64,000 nucleotides of DNA, taken from contig CAWKNE010000008.1 in NCBI GenBank assembly GCA_963850945.1, positions 160,812-224,811 on the forward strand, in the 5' to 3' direction. The notes beneath the pieces are model-generated. The model made no database searches. It was not told the origin of the DNA and saw nothing but the letters and a program-made list of their open reading frames with translations. This document shows, piece after piece, positions 59,208 through 64,000 of this stretch (the stretch's first letter is position 1; each line of letters begins with the position of its first letter). Source of the DNA: an uncultured Chloroflexia bacterium. GTDB taxonomy: Bacteria; Chloroflexota; Anaerolineae; Anaerolineales; Villigracilaceae. The translations under genes and the position numbers were made by a program.

Positions 59208-61545
59208 TCACTCGTACAAGAACTTCTGCATCTCATCCACCGCCTGCAACAACTTCTCCGCCCCACCAAACAACTGATAAATCTCATGTGTCGAGCCATA
59301 CTGGTCAAACGGCGAGACTTGCAGAACTCGCGGCAACTGGTCAAACTCGCCGATGCCATAATCCGCGTACTTATCCAGCAGCTCATTCAAAATCTCGCGT
59401 GCCGCTGGTGTGAATGTATTGAAGAAATTGGCTTTCTTCTGGCGTAATTTCTCGGCACGTTCACGGCGCGTCACGAGCGGCGCGTTATAAGCTACATGCA
59501 ACAGCAAATCCAGCGCATCGGCATCTTCCTGATGAGTGACATGCGCAAGATGGTCGGGGTCAATTCCACGTGAGCGCAATTGATTCAATATCTCAATCCG
59601 CTGTTCAGCAAGGGGTCAAGCCTGCTTGAGATGTTCCGCCGTCAAATTCAAACGGCGGATATTTTCTGTGACGTAATCCGTGAATTGAACCGTTTTGAGC
59701 ACATTGCCATCAGGGTCGAGTTCAAACGCCTGCTCGCCTGCGATATACACTTGAACATTATCGAGATAATACTTGCGCGGCAGTTCCCCAATCTTTATTC
59801 CCTCGCCCATTGGGAGAGGGCCGGGGTGAGGGCAAGTCTCGCCAAGCGTCCCTGCTTCGCTGTCTTCGAATTTTGTCTCGTTGCCATCCTTGTCAATCTG
59901 AGTCTTGGTCACGCGCACCGGATCGCCATCGAAAGCGGGATCGTAAAACAACTGTGTCGCACCCACGTAATCCATGATGGTGAACCAATACTTATTATGC
60001 TCTTCCGAAACACGAGTGCCACGCCCGATGATTTGCTTGAAGTCAATCATCGAATTGATCGGCTTGAACAAAACGATATTGCGGCAGGTCGGCGCGTCCA
60101 CGCCAGTGGTCAACATTTGTGAAGTCGTGAGAATAACCGGCACATCTTTTTCCGGGTCTTGGAAATCATCCAAATGCCCGCGCCCCACGGAACCTTCATC
60201 GGAGACCACGCGCTCCACATAATGCAAATGAATTTTCGTTAAGTCGGCATTGGCGTTATTCAAAGCCATGCGCATATCGAGCGCATGTTCCTGATCCACG
60301 CAGAAGACAATGGTTTTATCAAAGCGATTGGTTCGTTTTAGATATTCAGTCAAATGCTTTGCAACGACTTCTGTGCGTGAGAGCAAAGACACAATCCGCT
60401 CGAAGTCTTTTGTGCCATATAAATCAGGCGGAATTTCGCGACCGAAACGATCCAAAACGCCGGGGTCAATCTGCAATCCGCTGGCATCTACATCTGGAAT
60501 CACCCTGTATACACGATACGGTGCGAGGAAGCCATCATCAATGCCTTGCCTTAGAGTATAGGTATAAATGGGCTCGCCAAAATAATCATACGTGTCCACA
60601 TTATCAGTGCGCCTTGGTGTAGCAGTCATACCGATTTGAGTCGCTGAATCAAAGTATTCCAAAATCTTGCGCCAACTGCCATATTCATTTGCGGAACCGC
60701 GGTGACACTCATCCACAATGATCAAGTCAAAGAAATCTTTGGGATATTTCTCGTACAGGTTTTCGCCAGTAATGGGATTTGCCAAAGCCTGATATAAAGC
60801 AAAATAAACTTCACGGCTTTTGACAGCCCTGCCCTGAATCTTTTGCAGGGCTTGTCCCATCGGCGAGAAGGTACGATCCTTAGCTTGATCAATCAATACA
60901 TTGCGGTCGGCTAAATACAATATGCGCTTCTTGCGTTTGGACTTCCACAATCGCCAGACGATTTGAAAAGCGACAAATGTCTTCCCTGTGCCTGTTGCCA
61001 TTGTCAGCAAGAATTCGTTTTTGGCCTGCCAAGACAGCATTCACCGTTTTATTGATAGCAACCTGCTGATAATAACGGGGCACTTTTCCACCCGCCTCTT
61101 GCCAATATTGAGACAACGAATCGGCCTCGTCTTTTTTGTCCACAAACTTGAACGTGCCTTTGAGTCGTCCCCACAATTCATCGGGCGGAGGGAAGGTATC
61201 GAGGTTGCGTTCGATCCCCGTGATGAAGTCGTGTTCTACAATTCCTTTACCATTGCTGGTATAAGCGAACTTTACATTCAACATCTCCGCATATTGCAAA
61301 GCTTGCTGCAATCCATCCGCAGAGCTTTTGTATTCTGCTTTTGCTTCAACGACTGCAATAGGGATATTCTGACGAATGAACAAAACATAATCGGGCCGCA
61401 AACCCTCTTTGCGTGTGTGCCTGTCGCCAATCGGCACAATGCGACCAGGCGTCAACACCAACTGCTCCGTGATGTACTCATCCTCCCAGCCAACAGATTT
61501 TAGTTTTGGTAGAACGTAGGTGCGGCAAGTATCGGCTTCGTTCAT
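59208..61545 (-). CDS. hsdR: Type I restriction enzyme R subunit (EcoEI-like); one frame break at T-run 61018-61022 and an in-frame TGA at 59616-59618
   Basis: N-terminal nuclease (RPDYVLF...VVEAKAE), Walker A MATGTGKT, DEAH-box-like IIVDECHRG, and a C-terminal EcoEI_R_C-like domain (59208..59588). Confidence 0.85.
59800..59832. repeat. GC-rich palindromic element (variant A, partial) inside hsdR coding sequence
   Basis: The minus strand reads CCCTCACCCCGGCCCTCTCCCAATGGGCGAGGG and is translated in frame as PHPGPLPMGEG. Confidence 0.75.
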
Positions 61546-61555
61546 TGTCCCTGCA

Positions 61556-62398
61556 TTATTTTCTACAATATAGCATACAGCCAAACCCCCAACCTTGCAA
61601 TCCCCTTGTCAGCGCACGCGGCGCTTCCACTTCCTCCTTCAATTCCAATTCACGCGGGCTGAGGCCTGAATCAAGGGCGAGAAAATCAACCAGCAGGCGG
61701 TTGAACCTGGCTGTCTCATCAATCATCGGGAAGTGGCCCGAGCCTTCCAAATTGATCTGGTGGATATTAAGCGAAAGGGATGCAACATTCTCAGCGGGAG
61801 GGACAGAGATGGAAGGATCATTCTGTCCATAGACAAGCAGACAAGGAACATCCGTGTTGCGAAATTGCGTGAACAAACCATCCGCTTGAAAATTGACCAT
61901 CGAAGCCGCAATCGCGCGGGGGTCGGATTTGGATGCATCGGAGAGAGCCGTAGCCGCTTCAGGCGTTCGACTCGAAAGCCAATCCACCAATTCAGCCGCG
62001 CTGGATGTGCGAAGTTTGGCGTTGACCGAGGTAAAGTCGAGAGGAGAATTGACCGCCATGATGCGATCCACACTTCCGGGTTGTTGTGCCGCGAAATAAA
62101 AACCGACCAGGGCACCGAGGCCATGTCCAACGATCGCGATCTTTCCAATGCCCATTTCGTCCAGGAACCGACTCAGCAGAGCGGCTTGTTGATCGAGCGC
62201 ATAACGGTTGACATCATGAGAGGTATCGCCATAACCAAAGAGGTCAAGCGCATAGGCACGGAAGGAGGTGGAGGCCACCTGCATCGAGGCAATCCAATAT
62301 CTCCATGAGCCGACCCAGCCGTGCAGAAAGACGATGGGACGGCCGCGCCCCAACGCTTCGTAATGCACAATGGCCTGGTCAAGAATAATCGCGCTCAA
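61556..62398 (-). CDS. Alpha/beta-fold hydrolase-family protein with Gly in place of the nucleophile Ser
   Basis: Contains VFLHGWVGSW, and the nucleophile elbow reads VGHGLGA rather than GHSxG. The downstream Asp (GQNDP) and His (GSGHFP) are retained. TTG start. Confidence 0.7.
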   Translation of the reverse strand: MSAIILDQAIVHYEALGRGRPIVFLHGWVGSWRYWIASMQVASTSFRAYALDLFGYGDTSHDVNRYALDQQAALLSRFLDEMGIGKIAIVGHGLGALVGFYFAAQQPGSVDRIMAVNSPLDFTSVNAKLRTSSAAELVDWLSSRTPEAATALSDASKSDPRAIAASMVNFQADGLFTQFRNTDVPCLLVYGQNDPSISVPPAENVASLSLNIHQINLEGSGHFPMIDETARFNRLLVDFLALDSGLSPRELELKEEVEAPRALTRGLQGWGFGCMLYCRK

Positions 62399-62404
62399 AG
62401 AGAT

Positions 62405-62780
62405 TCACTTTCCAAATTTCGACAAGATCGCCCTTACCCGATCGGTTAACTGATCCGGCGCAAAGGGTTTGAGCAGGTATTCCTCCGCACCTGCATCGAG
62501 GCCGGTCTGTATTTCGGATTCCTGTCCTTTGGCGGAAAGAAAAACAACCGGGATATCCTTCAGCTCGGGACTGGCTTTTATGGCACGGCAGGCATCATAG
62601 CCGGTCATGCGCGGCATGCGAACATCCATAAGAATTAAAGTCGGGGGAGTCAACCGAAGCTTTCTGCACGGCTTCCTCTCCGTTGTTGGCAGACACAACT
62701 TCATAACCAGCAAACCGTAAAGTGAATGCAACCAGATCGCGGATATCAGGCTCATCTTCGGCAATTAAAATTTTTGGCAT
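62405..62780 (-). CDS. Single-domain response regulator (CheY-like); apparent frame break near 62640
   Basis: MPKILIAEDEPDIRDLV... joins ...LILMDVRMPRMTGYDACRAIK...FLSAKG...YLLKPF. Pieces 62595..62852 and 62405..62764. Confidence 0.8.
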
Positions 62781-62787
62781 TCGACGC

Positions 62788-64000
62788 TCATTTCTCCTTC
62801 TGAACAGGTAATGTGAATGAGAAGATGCTTCCCTTACCCGGAAGCCCTTCACTCTTCATCCAAATTCTTCCATTGTGCATCTGTACCAACTGGCGCACAA
62901 TGGGCAGTCCCAGACCGGTGCCCGGCGTTGCTAGAACAAGCGGGTGCTCGCCGCGGTAGAAGCGCTCAAAGACACGTTCCTGATCGACCGGCGCAATTCC
63001 CACGCCATCATCTTCCACATCCACTTGAACTTCGGTTCCATCCAAAGCATGAATGCCAACCTTGATGGTTCCATTCTCAGGCGTGTAATGATAGGCATTG
63101 TCCACCAAATTATCCATCACCTGGCGAATGCGTTCCGCATCGCCTATCACGCGCGGCAAGGTTTTGGGAGCATCGAGAGAAAGCGCCATGGGCTTGCCTT
63201 CCTCCTGGGAGCGTCGTAAAACGTCGGCGAGTACATCCTCGGCAATTTCTCTCAAGTCAAGCGGCTGTGGTGTCAAAATGACGCGCCCAGCCTCGATGCG
63301 GGAGATGTCCAGCAAGTCGTTAACCAGAATGTTCAAGCGATCAATATTGTTCTTAACGATATTCAGGAAATGCGACTGGTTCTCATTTACTGCACCAGCC
63401 GCGCCCATCAACAGCACATCCACATAACCTTTGATGGCAGTCATCGGAGTGCGCAGCTCGTGACTCACGGTTGCAACAAACTCGGACTTCAAGCGGTCTA
63501 CTTCGACCTCGTGTGTAATATCGCGGAAGATGGAAACCGTGCCAAGGAAGTCATTTTGCAGGATGACCGGTGCGAGATGGATCAAGGCAATGCGTCCATC
63601 CCCCAATTCCAATTGTTCAGCGTATGTATCGCCAGACTGATAAGAACTCGGTGACTGCGACCAATCGCGAATGGTCTCCATCCATGAAGAAGCCGCCTTA
63701 CCAAACAAACCGCCAAAATCTTCCAGCGGTTGATTGATTACCCGCTTTGCGTTGATATCCAGGATCTTTTGAATGGATGAATTCAAGAAGGCGATGCGAT
63801 TGTTGGAACCCGTAACCAGCACGCCATCCGCAACCGCTTCCAAGATGGCCTGCGAGCGGCTGGCCTCTTCCTGTTCCTTACGCAACATCAAGCCGAGGCG
63901 TTCCGCCTGGTCACGGATCAGTTCATACAGATGCGCGTTGTTAATTGCAACCGCCACCTGGCTGGCAATTGCCTTCACCAGATTCAATGAATCAGGCGTG
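62788..64000 (-). CDS. Sensor histidine kinase (GAF-PAS-HisKA-HATPase), 5' end beyond the window
   Basis: H-box SHELRTPMTAIKGY and an ATPase domain (DNLVDNAYHYT...DDGVGI...GTGLGLPIV). The frame stays open to the window edge. Confidence 0.85.
   Translation of the reverse strand, partial: TPDSLNLVKAIASQVAVAINNAHLYELIRDQAERLGLMLRKEQEEASRSQAILEAVADGVLVTGSNNRIAFLNSSIQKILDINAKRVINQPLEDFGGLFGKAASSWMETIRDWSQSPSSYQSGDTYAEQLELGDGRIALIHLAPVILQNDFLGTVSIFRDITHEVEVDRLKSEFVATVSHELRTPMTAIKGYVDVLLMGAAGAVNENQSHFLNIVKNNIDRLNILVNDLLDISRIEAGRVILTPQPLDLREIAEDVLADVLRRSQEEGKPMALSLDAPKTLPRVIGDAERIRQVMDNLVDNAYHYTPENGTIKVGIHALDGTEVQVDVEDDGVGIAPVDQERVFERFYRGEHPLVLATPGTGLGLPIVRQLVQMHNGRIWMKSEGLPGKGSIFSFTLPVQKEK

Noticed and set aside
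59616-59618. TGA as selenocysteine or programmed readthrough in hsdR.
   Set aside because: There is no SECIS-like hairpin immediately downstream and no biological precedent that I know of for Sec in HsdR. A point substitution is the simpler explanation.
9398-59832. A CRISPR array formed by the recurring GC-rich hairpins.
   Set aside because: The copies are tens of kb apart, are not regularly spaced, have no spacer-like organisation, and no cas genes are present.

Overview
This is a 64-kb bacterial chromosomal window. By eye it is mostly mid-50s % GC, with AT-rich islands near 11.2-13.3, 18.2-19.9, 27.4-28.0 and 54.2-57.0 kb. The taxon cannot be proven from sequence. The gene set (alternative complex III, FxLYD/Gmad2/BNR lipoproteins, style of GC-rich palindromic repeats) fits a Chloroflexota-like organism, but that is inference only.

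Gene content in order:
- A partial FxLYD protein and tRNA-Ser(GGA).
- A minus-strand respiratory operon actA-actB1-actB2-actC-actD-actE, followed by a membrane-anchored four-domain cytochrome c.
- An M48 peptidase and an isochorismatase-like hydrolase.
- An AT-rich type II R-M pair and an RNase H1-like gene.
- An IS1-family element inserted in a Gmad2 lipoprotein gene.
- A BNR-propeller lipoprotein, a thiolase and a GT-C glycosyltransferase.
- A four-subunit 2-oxoacid:ferredoxin oxidoreductase and a Nudix hydrolase.
- A scrap of gene fragments (Rhs core, aldo/keto reductase 5' end).
- A NarL-type two-component pair and a second IS1 copy.
- A stress cluster: receiver, CsbD, KGG-like, GlsB and small membrane proteins.
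- B12-radical SAM, a biodegradative-type decarboxylase, a GadC-like antiporter and a C45 hydrolase.
- An M50 protease, then an RNB exoribonuclease with a small Hap/eRF1-like protein.
- PFK and DUF2085/DUF4126 membrane proteins.
- A TPP-riboswitch-controlled thiN-thiBPQ-DUF402 operon.
- A CarD-like protein, a trans-sulfuration PLP enzyme and an aldo/keto reductase.
- A type I R-M island (hsdR, AbrB/PIN, hsdM, hsdS) trailed by three extra hsdS conserved-region remnants interleaved with unrelated genes.
- An alpha/beta hydrolase and a two-component pair running off the window.

Cross-cutting observations:
1. About 20 genes are broken by 1-nt frame shifts. The sites I resolved sit at homopolymers, so most apparent pseudogenes are probably assembly errors.
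2. A family of nested GC-rich palindromic (REP/MITE-like) elements occurs at least seven times, three of them inside coding sequence.
3. Two nearly identical IS1 copies each carry their own 8-bp target duplication.

No CRISPR array, rRNA or prophage was seen.

The most novel-looking candidates are:
- the hsdS-remnant/cargo array with a translationally coupled PD-(D/E)XK-like gene;
- the RNB + Hap-like pair;
- a duplicated four-segment attenuator-like motif;
- the radical-SAM/decarboxylase/antiporter/C45 unit.
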